64,000 nt of DNA from Candidatus Subterrananammoxibius californiae (GCA_030586555.1 JAURAC010000008.1:1-64000); one strand, 5' to 3'; positions 1 to 10,747 are shown, counted from the stretch's first letter. Program-made: numbers and translations. Notes: a model not told the origin generated them from the letters alone.

Positions 1-3
1 ACA

Positions 4-936
4 ATGGTTGGAAGCCTTCAGGGCTCATTCTCGAATTTGGAAGAAGAAAAGAACAAACTACATACCATACTTTTAAACATTGTTGACGGGGTAATTGTTG
101 GGGATGTAAACTACAAATTACTTTTTATGAACCCCGTTGCGGAGAGCATCTTCGGAAAACGTTTTAGCGATTTAAAGGGGCAGGACTTCTTTGGCTGCCA
201 TAAAGAAGGCGACAAGGTAATGAAAATCCTTCAAAACAACCAATTGCCTGTAACCACAAAGGTCAATTATGACTCACACATAATTCACGTTAATGCTACG
301 GCGATAAAAAAAAGCGACGGCACTAAGATTGGCTATGTCATGGTAGTTCGCGATATAACTGACCAGGAAAGGGCAAGGGAGAAACTCGAGGAACTTGCAA
401 TTACAGATAGCCTGACAAAGCTCTATAACCGCAATTACTTTCAGTATTGCCTGGGGGTTGAATTCTTGAAGGCGCAAAGGTATAAACTGTCGTTATCCCT
501 GATAATGGTAGATATAGACCATTTCAAGTCCTTTAATGACAAATATGGGCATCAGATAGGCGACATAGTTCTTGCGACCCTTGCCCAATTATTAAAGAAC
601 ACCGTCCGGAAGATTGATGTTGTTGCAAGGTATGGGGGCGAAGAATTTGTCGTGATACTCCCGCACACGGGGTCAAAAGAAGCGCAACTTCTTGCAGAAA
701 GATTGAGGGAAAATACCGAAAAACACACGATTAAAAGTATTATGGACCGCCATTTTAATTTTACGATAAGTCTTGGAACCGCTACCTTTGTCAACAACAA
801 CTTTAAAAATATTGATGACTTTATCAAAGGCGCAGACGACGCCCTTTACAAGGCAAAAGGGAACGGCAGAAATCGGGTGGAGGTGTTCCAGCAACCGGGG
901 CTTACTTTTTCCCCAGAAAAAGTAAACGTGGGATAA
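4..936 (+). CDS. PAS-domain diguanylate cyclase (probably 5'-truncated by window edge)
   Basis: PAS motif (NIVDGVIV..FMNPVAE), TDSLTKLYNR, DIDHFK, RxxD I-site (RKID) and GGEEF active site. Confidence 0.9.
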   Translation: MVGSLQGSFSNLEEEKNKLHTILLNIVDGVIVGDVNYKLLFMNPVAESIFGKRFSDLKGQDFFGCHKEGDKVMKILQNNQLPVTTKVNYDSHIIHVNATAIKKSDGTKIGYVMVVRDITDQERAREKLEELAITDSLTKLYNRNYFQYCLGVEFLKAQRYKLSLSLIMVDIDHFKSFNDKYGHQIGDIVLATLAQLLKNTVRKIDVVARYGGEEFVVILPHTGSKEAQLLAERLRENTEKHTIKSIMDRHFNFTISLGTATFVNNNFKNIDDFIKGADDALYKAKGNGRNRVEVFQQPGLTFSPEKVNVG

Positions 937-1023
937 AATATCCCGAAGGAATCTTTGCGCAAGCAGCCTCCTTTCCCTCCCTTTAATGGGGGGGTAGGAT
1001 GATGGTAGAAAGGAGGAAGTATC

Positions 1024-2427
1024 ATGAGAATTTGTTGTCATAGATTTATTTCATTCACTTCAAGGCTATGCCATGCCGACATGGCGTGGCGCTTTATCGT
1101 GGCGCTATTTTTCCTCTGCCTGGCAAATTTTCATCCCTACCTGTGTAGACAGGCAACGGCAGCATGGCAGGTCGAGACCGTTGACTATGGAGGGTTAGTG
1201 GGTAACTATACCTCCCTTGCCTTTGACTCATCTGGTAATCCGGCTATATCATATCAAGCCAATGGTAACCTCGTGTATGCCCAATTCGATGGCAAATTGT
1301 GGGTTAAAACCATCGTTGAGTTTGCCGGTAGCCGTAAACGTTTCGGTGAAAGGTACGTAAGGGGCGAGTACAGCTCCCTTGCCTTTGATGCATCTGACAC
1401 CCCAGCTATATCATATTATGATGCTACCAACAGCTCCCTTAAGTACGCCCATTTTAACGGTGAATCGTGGGATATAACCACCGTTGATTCTTCAGGGGAC
1501 GTGGGCTGGTTTACCTCCCTTGACTTTGATGCAGCAGGCAACCCGGCTATATCATACAACGATTCTACCATTCCTTTTCATGGTAACCTTAGATATGCTC
1601 ATTTTAACGGCACCTCATGGGATATAACTACCGTTGACAATACAGGGAACAATGTGGGCATGTATACCTCCCTTGACTTTGACCCAACGGGTAACCCGGC
1701 TATATCATACTTTGACGATACCAGCAAGGACCTCAAGTTTGCTCGCTTTGACGGCAGTAATTGGGTTATAGAGGCTGTTCACCGAGTAGGTGACGTTGGC
1801 ACATTCACCTCCCTTGTCTTTGACGTAGCAGGCAACCCGGCTATATCATACAACGATTCCACCATTCCTTTTCATGGTAACCTGAGATACGCCTATTTTA
1901 ACGGCGAATCGTGGGATATAACCACCGTTGACTCCTCAGGGGATGTGGGCTGGTACACATCCCTTGCTTTTGACCCGACGGGTAACCCAGCCGTATCATA
2001 TCGTGATGTTACTAACGCTATCCTTAAGTATGCACACTTTGACGGTACATCCTGGGATATAACCGTCGTTGACTCCGCGGGGGATGCTGGCTTGTACTCC
2101 TCCCTTGCTTTTGATGCATCGGGTCGTCCGGCTATCTCATATCAAGGCAACTATACCCTCAAGTATGCCCATCTTGTGCCAGATATAGTTACCACTACTA
2201 CAACGACGACGAGTACATCAACGATTACATCCACAACTACAACGAATGCGACGAGCACCACTGAATCCATGAGCAAAAGTAAAACAATACCTTCAAACGT
2301 TAGCGTCAACAACCACTCCCCCTTTAGAAAAGTAGTAATAAGGGATTATGGAGTAGGAGTTCAATATATTGAACCCCGACATAACCTGAATATTTTGGTT
2401 TCCACCCGAGGCGGACTACGACCATGA
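1024..2427 (+). CDS. Secreted beta-propeller-like repeat protein with Thr-rich tail
   Basis: N-terminal hydrophobic segment; about 7 repeats of SL(A/D)FDxxGxPAISY...LxYAxFxGxxWxITTVD; poly-Thr linker. Confidence 0.75.
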   Translation: MRICCHRFISFTSRLCHADMAWRFIVALFFLCLANFHPYLCRQATAAWQVETVDYGGLVGNYTSLAFDSSGNPAISYQANGNLVYAQFDGKLWVKTIVEFAGSRKRFGERYVRGEYSSLAFDASDTPAISYYDATNSSLKYAHFNGESWDITTVDSSGDVGWFTSLDFDAAGNPAISYNDSTIPFHGNLRYAHFNGTSWDITTVDNTGNNVGMYTSLDFDPTGNPAISYFDDTSKDLKFARFDGSNWVIEAVHRVGDVGTFTSLVFDVAGNPAISYNDSTIPFHGNLRYAYFNGESWDITTVDSSGDVGWYTSLAFDPTGNPAVSYRDVTNAILKYAHFDGTSWDITVVDSAGDAGLYSSLAFDASGRPAISYQGNYTLKYAHLVPDIVTTTTTTTSTSTITSTTTTNATSTTESMSKSKTIPSNVSVNNHSPFRKVVIRDYGVGVQYIEPRHNLNILVSTRGGLRP

Positions 2428-2450
2428 ACCAGCTTTTAATCCATTGTGTA

Positions 2451-3425
2451 TCAGTTTTTCAAAAGGAGGGTTTTAATCGCACCTATGGTAAGACCTGCGC
2501 AAAAGGATATTGCCCTCAGGAAGAATAATACAGGCGAGATTAAGGAAACATATCTACTTCGGTTAAATGCAAAAACAACGAAAGGGATGGTGGTGAGGAA
2601 GAATGTGCCGAGTGTAGATAAAGGGAATAGCCAATAGGGGATAGGGAATAGGAAATAGGAAATAGGCAAGCTAAGTAAGAAGGCATAAGTAAGAAGGATT
2701 TGAAATTTTAGTATCTGTGGTGTGTGTGTGTCATTGGTAAATTTTTCCGGGTGATGCTTTAGCACCAGAACCTTCCAATAGGCAATCCAGAATTTCCTCC
2801 TCATATATCCTTTTAGGGTTGATTGATGGGTATGATAGACCGTAGCATCGGGTTGGAATAACATCTTGTGACCGTTCTTTGCCAGGCGAAAAGAGAATTC
2901 CTGGTCTTCAACGGTGGCGGTCGGGAATGACGTATTGAACCCCCCGTATTTTTGAAAAATATCCTTCCTGAAGCCTGCCGAGTATGTGTCAATAAAATCA
3001 ATATAAGGAAACCCCTTCATCCGTTCGTATTTCTCCTCATACTCAAGCTGTACAAAGCGGGCAATAAGAGCCTTTTGTGTGGTTTTGTACGTGCCCTTGA
3101 CGCCAACTATATCAGGATTACTGAACGGTTTGGTCATTTCTTCAATCCAATCTGGCACTGCTGCGCAGTCGGCATCAATAAATAGTACGATGTCGCCCTT
3201 TGCCATCTTTACGCCGAGATTCCTTGCGGCGGCGGGTCCCTGGTTTTCTTGAGAGACCACAGTAACATCAAATCCTTCTGCAACCCTTCTTGTGCCGTCC
3301 TTTGAACCATCGTCTACGACTATGATTTCATACATATCTCTGGAAACGGTTTGAGACCGAAGGGAAGCAAGGCATCTCGCCAGCGTTTTTTCGCCGTTAT
3401 ATACAGGAATGATAACAGATACCAT
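2451..3425 (-). CDS. Glycosyltransferase family 2
   Basis: VSVIIPVYN, VDDGSKD, FIDAD, ED motif, C-terminal TM helices; start moved to MVSV because the upstream ORF part is a repeat. Confidence 0.9.
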   Translation of the reverse strand: MVSVIIPVYNGEKTLARCLASLRSQTVSRDMYEIIVVDDGSKDGTRRVAEGFDVTVVSQENQGPAAARNLGVKMAKGDIVLFIDADCAAVPDWIEEMTKPFSNPDIVGVKGTYKTTQKALIARFVQLEYEEKYERMKGFPYIDFIDTYSAGFRKDIFQKYGGFNTSFPTATVEDQEFSFRLAKNGHKMLFQPDATVYHTHQSTLKGYMRRKFWIAYWKVLVLKHHPEKFTNDTHTPQILKFQILLTYAFLLSLPISYFLFPIPYWLFPLSTLGTFFLTTIPFVVFAFNRSRYVSLISPVLFFLRAISFCAGLTIGAIKTLLLKN

Positions 3426-3439
3426 GGTTTCATAGGTTA

Positions 3440-3505
3440 TGAGATTGCTTCGCTCGCAATGACAGCTAATAGTCATTGCGATGGGCGAAGCACCGAAGCA
3501 ATCTC
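3440..3505. repeat. Palindromic repeat (gagattgcttcgctcgcaatgac...gtcattgcga...gaagcaatctc)
   Basis: Inverted pair; same family at 8945-8978 and about 41857-41903. Confidence 0.75.
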
Positions 3506-4979
3506 ATGCTCTTGTTTGTTTTATTTGAGAACCTTTAAAAAGATGTTTAGAGAAAATAAGGGCTGTCTTTAGAATCCTTTTAGCCTCTGATGGATGTGTT
3601 AACATCTGTGCGACCTTTGAAAGGACATACCCTGGGCGCAAGTAGAAGACTCGCCTCGCTTCATCGCAGAACCTCACCAAATCATCGCTGGAAAGCTCAG
3701 GGGTGGAAATTACGCAGTTATGCAGTCCCTCTTCGGTAATCCATCTTGAATAGTCTTGTGTTTGCAGGTAGCCATTCTCCTTTGCCCATTTATATGCATC
3801 CGTTCCGGGATAGACCATCAGGGGGAAGAACTGAACGGTGTCAGGTTTTAACTCTTTTGCAAAGTCAAGCGTCTTCTTGAGCGTCTCCTTTGTTTCGCCG
3901 GGGTTGCCGACCACAAAGCACGCATGCACTAAAATCCTAACCCTTTTTGCATTCTCAACAAATTCTTTTATCTGCGCAAGCTTTATTCCTTTTCTTATAT
4001 TATCGAGGATTGTTTGATCTCCGCTCTCGATTCCGATGCACAGTAGTCTACAGTTAGCTTTCTTAAGAAGTTTGAGCGTTTCTTCTTTTACATCCACCCT
4101 TGAATTTGCAGTCCATGGAATATTGATTCCTTCGGAAATCATCTTTTCTGAGAATTCTGTACAATATCTTTTGTCGAGGGTGAAGGTGTCGTCTTCAATA
4201 AAGATTTCCTTTACCTGAGGGAACTCTTTCTTTATGAATTTGAATTCTTCAATCACATTTGGCACACTTCTACGCCTGTAACTATGGCCATGTATGGTCT
4301 GGGGATAAACGCAGAAGGTGCACTGGTGAGGGCATCCTCTCGATGTCATAATGGTAATCTGTGGGTGTTTTGTTATGGAATAAAAGTAATTTTCTATCTT
4401 AAGATGTTTTTTGTAAACCCTGCTGGCAAACGGGAGGTCATCAAGATTCTTTATATAGGGTCTGCCAGCATTTTGGATGATTTCATCCGCCTTGGGCGGA
4501 TTACGAAAGCTCAAACCTGACACATCTTTTAAGTTGCCTTTAGAGCTGATAACCGAGGCAAGGTCTTTCAAGGTAAAGTCATACTCGCCCCTTGCCACGG
4601 CATCAATGCTTGCGCTTAGCCTCAAGGTTTCTTCTGGCAGGGCTGAAACATGTGTCCCGACTAAGGCAATGAAACAGTCCGGGTTTTCTCTTTTGATTTC
4701 CTCTGCAACCTTGATGTCCGAATGGATACTTGGCGTGCTTGTATCCAGTACAGCCAACTGGGGCTTAAAATCCCTTGTCAAATTTAACACCGTTTCAAGG
4801 GACAACCCCTCTGCAGGGGCGTCAAGTAGTTTTACACAATGCCCCTCCTTTTCCAGAACTCCGGTCGCATAAGCCAGCCAGATGGGATAATAGAGCGTGC
4901 CGCTTTTGATAACGGCAGGACTACGCTGCGCACGTGAAAACCTTTTAAGAAAAGGGGGATTAAGCATTAGTATGTTCAT
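3504..4979 (-). CDS. B12-binding radical SAM protein (class B / HpnJ-like)
   Basis: N-terminal cobalamin-binding domain (GTHVS, ARGEYD), SRGCPHQCTFC motif, IEDDTF, GIESG. Confidence 0.85.
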   Translation of the reverse strand: MNILMLNPPFLKRFSRAQRSPAVIKSGTLYYPIWLAYATGVLEKEGHCVKLLDAPAEGLSLETVLNLTRDFKPQLAVLDTSTPSIHSDIKVAEEIKRENPDCFIALVGTHVSALPEETLRLSASIDAVARGEYDFTLKDLASVISSKGNLKDVSGLSFRNPPKADEIIQNAGRPYIKNLDDLPFASRVYKKHLKIENYFYSITKHPQITIMTSRGCPHQCTFCVYPQTIHGHSYRRRSVPNVIEEFKFIKKEFPQVKEIFIEDDTFTLDKRYCTEFSEKMISEGINIPWTANSRVDVKEETLKLLKKANCRLLCIGIESGDQTILDNIRKGIKLAQIKEFVENAKRVRILVHACFVVGNPGETKETLKKTLDFAKELKPDTVQFFPLMVYPGTDAYKWAKENGYLQTQDYSRWITEEGLHNCVISTPELSSDDLVRFCDEARRVFYLRPGYVLSKVAQMLTHPSEAKRILKTALIFSKHLFKGSQIKQTRA

Positions 4980-6112
4980 TGCAATTCCTCGTAAACATTC
5001 AGGGTTTCCTTTGCCGTTTTTTCCCACGAAAATTTCTTGCTTTGTTTAATCCCTTTCTGAGACATCTGTTTTCTTAAGTCCTCATCGGTTAAAACATCTT
5101 TCATCGCCTTTGCAAAACCCTCGGCATCGTCTGGCTCGATAAGGATGGCGCTTTCACCAAGAACCTCTGGCAGAGATGCTCTATTAGAGGCTATTACAGG
5201 CGTTCCGCAGGAGATTGCCTCGAGAGGTGGAAGGCCGAAACCCTCGTAATATGAGGGAAAGACAAAGAGCTTTGCAAGGTTGTAGAGTAATGGGAGTTCT
5301 TTTTCCATAAAATTGTCAACAAATTTAATATGGGGTAACAATCCTAACTCCTTTGCCGTTTGAAAGGTTGTTTGGTGGAATCTATCCTTTTTCCCAGCTA
5401 TAACAAGGCTGTAGTCAGTATCCAAAGCGGCTTTGAATAACTTAAATGCCTTTAAGAGGGTGAGGATGTTTTTATAGGGCTTGGTATTGCCAACATAAAG
5501 AATAAAGTTTTCTGGCAATCCGCCTAAGGCGGACTTTCTTCTATATGTTTCGAGCGTTTCCGTATCCTCTATTTTTTGAAAGATGGGGTCTGCGGCTTCA
5601 TGTATGACTGAAACCCTGTATGCGTCAAGGTCAAATGAACGTTCTAAATCAACCCTTGTATTATTTGAAACTGCAATAAGTTTTTTTGAAAGTGAAACGG
5701 CTCTGGGAATCATGTATTTATGAAAGAGATAAGCATATTTACTTGCAAGGAAATTTCTACCTGAAAAGAAGCCCGGAAAGTTTAATGCCATGAGATCATG
5801 CACCGTTACAACCAAGTTATCTATACCCCATAGGGGTGCTATAAAGAAAAGGGAATGAAATATGTCAACGTTTTCTTTTTTTACCAGGTGTCCCAGAAAA
5901 AAGCCCGTTCTTAACGAAAGAGATGGGAATCCAATGCGCACCTCTCTGAAATTTGGAGAATTTACGATTGTTTCATTAAAGAGGCGGTTTCTGAAGATGA
6001 CGTATTCATTCTTCCGGTCAATCTTTGCGAGGGCTTTAATAAGGTTGAGGCTGTAGCGTCCGATACCGTCGAGATTTCTATAAATCGCCCTTGCATCAAT
6101 TCCAATCCTCAT
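4976..6112 (-). CDS. Glycosyltransferase family 4
   Basis: MRIGIDAR start, [22 protein letters not shown] motif. Confidence 0.92.
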   Translation of the reverse strand: MRIGIDARAIYRNLDGIGRYSLNLIKALAKIDRKNEYVIFRNRLFNETIVNSPNFREVRIGFPSLSLRTGFFLGHLVKKENVDIFHSLFFIAPLWGIDNLVVTVHDLMALNFPGFFSGRNFLASKYAYLFHKYMIPRAVSLSKKLIAVSNNTRVDLERSFDLDAYRVSVIHEAADPIFQKIEDTETLETYRRKSALGGLPENFILYVGNTKPYKNILTLLKAFKLFKAALDTDYSLVIAGKKDRFHQTTFQTAKELGLLPHIKFVDNFMEKELPLLYNLAKLFVFPSYYEGFGLPPLEAISCGTPVIASNRASLPEVLGESAILIEPDDAEGFAKAMKDVLTDEDLRKQMSQKGIKQSKKFSWEKTAKETLNVYEELQ

Positions 6113-6116
6113 TGCG

Positions 6117-7580
6117 TTAATTATTATAGAGGTCAAGGCAAACAGCTTTGCTTTGAGCCTTGCTGATACCCTTTTCTTTCTCTGACTCGGATGTGAAAAT
6201 TTTTAAGGATGCCATAGCCAGACCGAGAAGAGCCCAGATTTCCATCTCTAAGAATTTGTAGCTAACGACAAGCCCCTGAGTGAAATATATGATTAACCCA
6301 ACAAAAAGCCCTAAGAGAACAAATTTCTTTGTGTCGTCTGATATGCGTTTGAACCCCTTTATAATTGAGGCAACAACGGTAAAAATCAGGAACAGGAAAA
6401 TTGATAGGCCAATCAGCCCGAACTCTGACAAAAAGAAAAGATAGACGTCGTGAGGCGCCTCAAGGTGGGTTGAACCATATTGTTTTGCAAGCGTCGAAAA
6501 CGAACCAATGCCAACGCCGGTTAAAGGGTGTTCCTTAAACATCTTCATTCCAGCATCCCAGACGCTCGTCCTTCCAGCAATGCTTGATGTTTGCATTGGA
6601 TTTAACACGCCCTTAAATCTTTCGATAACTGCGTGTTGAAGGGCGTCTGGAGCTAAAGTTACGAACAACACAAGCACAACAAGGCAACTTATAAAAAATA
6701 TTTTTGCTAACCGCTTAGAATAAAAAGAGCAACAAGCAATACCTACAAAGCACCCAATCCAGGTGGAACGCGACATTGTATTTATCAAGACTACCAGCAT
6801 ACTACAAATACAAAAGATAAGAAACGCCTTATATTTTCTCGACTTGGAAGTGATTAACAGTGGCACTGCTATCATTAGACACACATTCAATAAAAACCCC
6901 AACCTGTGAGGATTTTCCTTTAAACCTGAAATCCTTACAGCGGCTCCCCAATGTGTAATAGTTCCAAATGAAAGTTTTTTTACGGCAGGAAGTGTGGTTG
7001 TAATTAGTTCAACCGTGCCTGACAATGCACACAAAAGACCTGCTATAATCCATATTTTAAGGGCAACGTTTAACGTTTTCTCATCCTTAACGTTATTTAT
7101 GGTAAGAAAGAATACAATGACTCCGAAAAAGATTTGTAAAAACTCTCTAATCCCTGAGTAAACACTTACTGTCCAGACGAGGGAAAGCAACATCCAACCA
7201 ACTAAAATAGCAATAGGGGAATTCAAGATATTTTTTTCAAAATAAAGCTTTTTTGTTATTAGCCCATTAAAAAACCAGCTCAAGACTGCTACAACGGCAG
7301 CAATCTGAGTATACCTGATGTCCATTTGTCCCTCAACGTCCCCGATACCACGCAGTGTTACTTCCCAGAAAGGCAGCAGCAATATAGTGAATAAATATGC
7401 ATGGAATGATTTTGATAACAAATAAAAAACCAATGGGAGGCCTATAAAAATTATTATCATTGGTTTTATAGGAAAGAGTGTGCCAATTGCAGCTAGGCAT
7501 ATCTCTACCAGGATGACCGGTAGCCATATTCCTATATTTGCTCGAGGTAGTATTTTATCTCTTAGAATCGCAGTATTCAT
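6117..7580 (-). CDS. O-antigen ligase / Wzy-like polymerase
   Basis: About 12 TM segments, SRSTW, PLTGVGIGSF and HDVYL (Wzy_C-type) motifs. Confidence 0.8.
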   Translation of the reverse strand: MNTAILRDKILPRANIGIWLPVILVEICLAAIGTLFPIKPMIIIFIGLPLVFYLLSKSFHAYLFTILLLPFWEVTLRGIGDVEGQMDIRYTQIAAVVAVLSWFFNGLITKKLYFEKNILNSPIAILVGWMLLSLVWTVSVYSGIREFLQIFFGVIVFFLTINNVKDEKTLNVALKIWIIAGLLCALSGTVELITTTLPAVKKLSFGTITHWGAAVRISGLKENPHRLGFLLNVCLMIAVPLLITSKSRKYKAFLIFCICSMLVVLINTMSRSTWIGCFVGIACCSFYSKRLAKIFFISCLVVLVLFVTLAPDALQHAVIERFKGVLNPMQTSSIAGRTSVWDAGMKMFKEHPLTGVGIGSFSTLAKQYGSTHLEAPHDVYLFFLSEFGLIGLSIFLFLIFTVVASIIKGFKRISDDTKKFVLLGLFVGLIIYFTQGLVVSYKFLEMEIWALLGLAMASLKIFTSESEKEKGISKAQSKAVCLDLYNN

Positions 7581-7616
7581 ATTCTATTTCTATCAAAAGG
7601 CATGATGCAGCATTTA

Positions 7617-9044
7617 TCACGAGTGGAGGGAATCAATTTTAATATCCTCGATATCTCCTTCTATATAGATGGGAATATTTGTAACATTTAAAGTAAATTT
7701 TCCCTCTACTACAGGGATTGTTTTAACATTTTTACCGTATATGTCCAGAACCTCTACGGTTTTTGCATTTGAGGATAGCTCGATAGTTCTTTCGCCTTCC
7801 CATGCCCAGAAGACACCGGTGAATGTAGTGCCTTTTTTGAACATACACCCTTTTCCGCCATTTCCCATGTCCATGCTTCTGATAAAATTAGCTCCGTCTA
7901 ATTTTTCAATCAGGGTTTTAAATGCCTGATACGAGGGCTTAGTTTGATAATCATAATCTATAATGCCCATCGTCCTCTGGGATTCTGATTCTACTTTCCA
8001 TTTTTGATTTTTTCCCTTTATTTTTTCTATATACTTTTGGTGTTCAGCTCCCGATTGTGGGGCATGGTCTCTTGTCCTTGTCCAGAAAATCCTTTCTACC
8101 CCCAAGGACCTTCCCAGAACCATTGTTATTACCAACCTGCTTGCCTGTGCTTCGGGGTTCAGGGGCGCATAGTCCAGTGATTTCCAGCCCTTGGATGTTT
8201 TGTTTTCTTGCCAGCGTGCTGGCGGATTAAATGAGCTGGGCCACCCAATAGCGCCGTACTGGAAAGGCTTTTTATCCTCGCCGAATTTTTTAAAAATCTC
8301 TTGTAATGTAATTGTGCTGGATTCGATGCCAGTAAACGGGGGTTCGTTAAGGAGCATATGGGAATCATACATATCCACATATTTTCCTCCACCTGCTTTA
8401 AGAAACATTTCCAGATACGCCCCCCTTTTTTTCATACTGCCTTCTAAGCCGGGCATGACAATGGTGCCATCAGGCTGTTCTTTTTTTACCGCTTCATACG
8501 TTGCCTTGTATAAATCTGCAAGATGAGAGGGTTCAATCCAATGATTCTTGTTCTGGGGAGCATTAAAGAATGCCCATGTCTTTACTTTGTTCTTATACCT
8601 TTTAACAGCAACCGAGGCGAAATCTGCCAGGTCTTTAGGGTTTTTTGGCGGCGGATTGAATTTTTTACCCTTCCAGTTTTCAGGGCTTAATGCTGGGTCA
8701 ATAGCCCACGGTGGAGTAATTGCAACAAGGCACATTACGTCTATTCCACTGTTTGTGAGCTTATTAACTATTTCATCGTATGCCCTCCAGCCCTCTTCGG
8801 AAAAATTGCCTTTTTTTTCTTCGATATCCTTCCATGATAACTTACATACAGCAAGCTTTGCCCCCAGCGCTTCAAGGAGGGTAACAGTTTTCTCAGGGTC
8901 TTCCCAGTCCTGATTGTAAGGGTTACAAACTATGCCGAAATTATGAGATTGCTTCGGGGCTTCGCCCCTCGCAATGACACCAATACAAGATAGGAGCGCT
9001 GCTGAAAAAAACACAAGAATAATACGGTTGATTATGCGCATCAT
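7617..9044 (-). CDS. Clan GH-A glycoside hydrolase-like secreted protein, catalytic Glu residues apparently replaced by Ala
   Basis: Signal peptide; WxxIE, TPPWA, KPSY motifs; NAP in place of NEP and YGAIGW in place of xTExGW. Confidence 0.7.
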   Translation of the reverse strand: MMRIINRIILVFFSAALLSCIGVIARGEAPKQSHNFGIVCNPYNQDWEDPEKTVTLLEALGAKLAVCKLSWKDIEEKKGNFSEEGWRAYDEIVNKLTNSGIDVMCLVAITPPWAIDPALSPENWKGKKFNPPPKNPKDLADFASVAVKRYKNKVKTWAFFNAPQNKNHWIEPSHLADLYKATYEAVKKEQPDGTIVMPGLEGSMKKRGAYLEMFLKAGGGKYVDMYDSHMLLNEPPFTGIESSTITLQEIFKKFGEDKKPFQYGAIGWPSSFNPPARWQENKTSKGWKSLDYAPLNPEAQASRLVITMVLGRSLGVERIFWTRTRDHAPQSGAEHQKYIEKIKGKNQKWKVESESQRTMGIIDYDYQTKPSYQAFKTLIEKLDGANFIRSMDMGNGGKGCMFKKGTTFTGVFWAWEGERTIELSSNAKTVEVLDIYGKNVKTIPVVEGKFTLNVTNIPIYIEGDIEDIKIDSLHS

Positions 9045-9050
9045 TAGTTT

Positions 9051-10745
9051 CTAATCCATATAACCCAGAGACTTCAGGGTTTCCTCTACCTGCTTTTCTT
9101 CGTTGCTGGTATATTCGGCTTGCTGACTTACAGGAATAATTGACTTATCCGCCTCTGAATAAATTATGGGATTGATGTTTAGATAAGATTCATTAATTGC
9201 ATCTTTAATTACACATCCATCCATATCTTCTGGAATAGGCGCACCCATAAGGTAAAGCGCCATAGGGGCTATGTCAATTATCCTTGCATCTGTGACATTT
9301 TTCCCGCACTGCACAGGGAAGCCCTTTATAATCATGATGCCGTCTCTTCGATGTGATGCCGTCTGTACAGGGTTATTTCTGGTCTCTTCTGTGGTAACTG
9401 TTTCGATGGGCAATTTATTCCTTGATAGGCTACTGTTTCTGTAGGGATACGTATATTGCCTTTCCATCTGAACAAGTATAATGTCAGGAGCAAGGTTTAT
9501 CATGTCCCCATGATAAATCTCTTCTCTTCTCAGGGCTTCTGAGAAGATTTTTTCACCAGATTCGGGGTCTGTAAAATCCAGCGCCCGATCAATTATTTTG
9601 GTTCGAATGTCTTCGTATTCTTTGCCATTCTGTACAGTTCCTTCGGATTCCCTCCCCTTCAGGTTTATCCAGATTAATCCTTCACTATCGTCAGAAAATG
9701 CCCTTGTTTGAGTCCAATCTATACAGGAATCCCAATAAATTGTCTCGACCCTTGATTTTAACCATGTAATACCCCTGAATTTGTTCTTGTATTTTCTGGG
9801 GATATGCTTTTTAGCGAATAGGACGATATTCTTCAGGAATCCAAACCTACCATTATTTGTTTCAGGATTATCCTTGTATGTTAAAAATCCTTCCTGTGAC
9901 AACCAGTTGTTAAGGTACAGCGCCCTGTTGCCGTTAGCCCCTGCTCCGTGGTCTGATAAAATAATAACTGTGGTATCGTCATCCAACCTCTCAATCAGGG
10001 AACCTACACACTCGTCAATTTTTTTATATATTTTGAAGATACATTCTCCGTATAGAGCGTTCTGTAAGGGTCTATGGAATGGGTGGTTTGGGTCCATGTG
10101 CTGCCAGAAGAAATGCTGTACGTGGTCTGTAGTGCCAAAGACCATGCAGAAGAAATCCCATGCTTTACTTTGCAAGAGGTAATTTGCAACATTGAAATGT
10201 TGGTCAACCACAGAAGCCATCTCTTCAAATATCCTGTCAAATCTGTTCAATCTTATATGGTCCCTGGCAAAGGGTTTAATCGTGAACATCCCCACCTTCG
10301 ATACGATTTCTTTAAAAAGCTCCTGAGGATAAAATATCTTTTCGTTGACCTCAGGGGCTGTAAGACCGGAAATCATGGAGCCGTTTACTTCTTCAGGCGG
10401 ATAAGTTATAGGCACATTAAATACGCAAACCTTTTTATTATGCTCGCTGAGAATCTTCCATAGACTTTTTCCCCTTCTACGGCGGCTGTTAATGAACCTT
10501 ATATCATGGCTGTTTCCTTCGTGGTAGCGAAAGTCGAAGATGCCGTGCTTTCCGGGGTTTTTCCCGGTAATGAAGGAAGACCATGCAGCCGCACTGTTAA
10601 TAGGAATGGTTGACCTCAGATTGCCCCAACTCCCCTCTCGAATTAATTTGGCTAAAACAGGTAGCTTGCCTTCTTTTATCCATGGCATGATGAGGCTGAA
10701 GGATGCCCCGTCAAGCCCTATAATGACAACCTTATTATTGTTCAT
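9051..10745 (-). CDS. AlkP-superfamily (type I phosphodiesterase/nucleotide pyrophosphatase-like) protein, paralog 1
   Basis: IGLDGA, S..AW.SF.TGKNPGKHG, D..QH, SDHG, C-terminal LKSLGYMD. Confidence 0.88.
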   Translation of the reverse strand: MNNNKVVIIGLDGASFSLIMPWIKEGKLPVLAKLIREGSWGNLRSTIPINSAAAWSSFITGKNPGKHGIFDFRYHEGNSHDIRFINSRRRRGKSLWKILSEHNKKVCVFNVPITYPPEEVNGSMISGLTAPEVNEKIFYPQELFKEIVSKVGMFTIKPFARDHIRLNRFDRIFEEMASVVDQHFNVANYLLQSKAWDFFCMVFGTTDHVQHFFWQHMDPNHPFHRPLQNALYGECIFKIYKKIDECVGSLIERLDDDTTVIILSDHGAGANGNRALYLNNWLSQEGFLTYKDNPETNNGRFGFLKNIVLFAKKHIPRKYKNKFRGITWLKSRVETIYWDSCIDWTQTRAFSDDSEGLIWINLKGRESEGTVQNGKEYEDIRTKIIDRALDFTDPESGEKIFSEALRREEIYHGDMINLAPDIILVQMERQYTYPYRNSSLSRNKLPIETVTTEETRNNPVQTASHRRDGIMIIKGFPVQCGKNVTDARIIDIAPMALYLMGAPIPEDMDGCVIKDAINESYLNINPIIYSEADKSIIPVSQQAEYTSNEEKQVEETLKSLGYMD

Positions 10746-10747
10746 AC

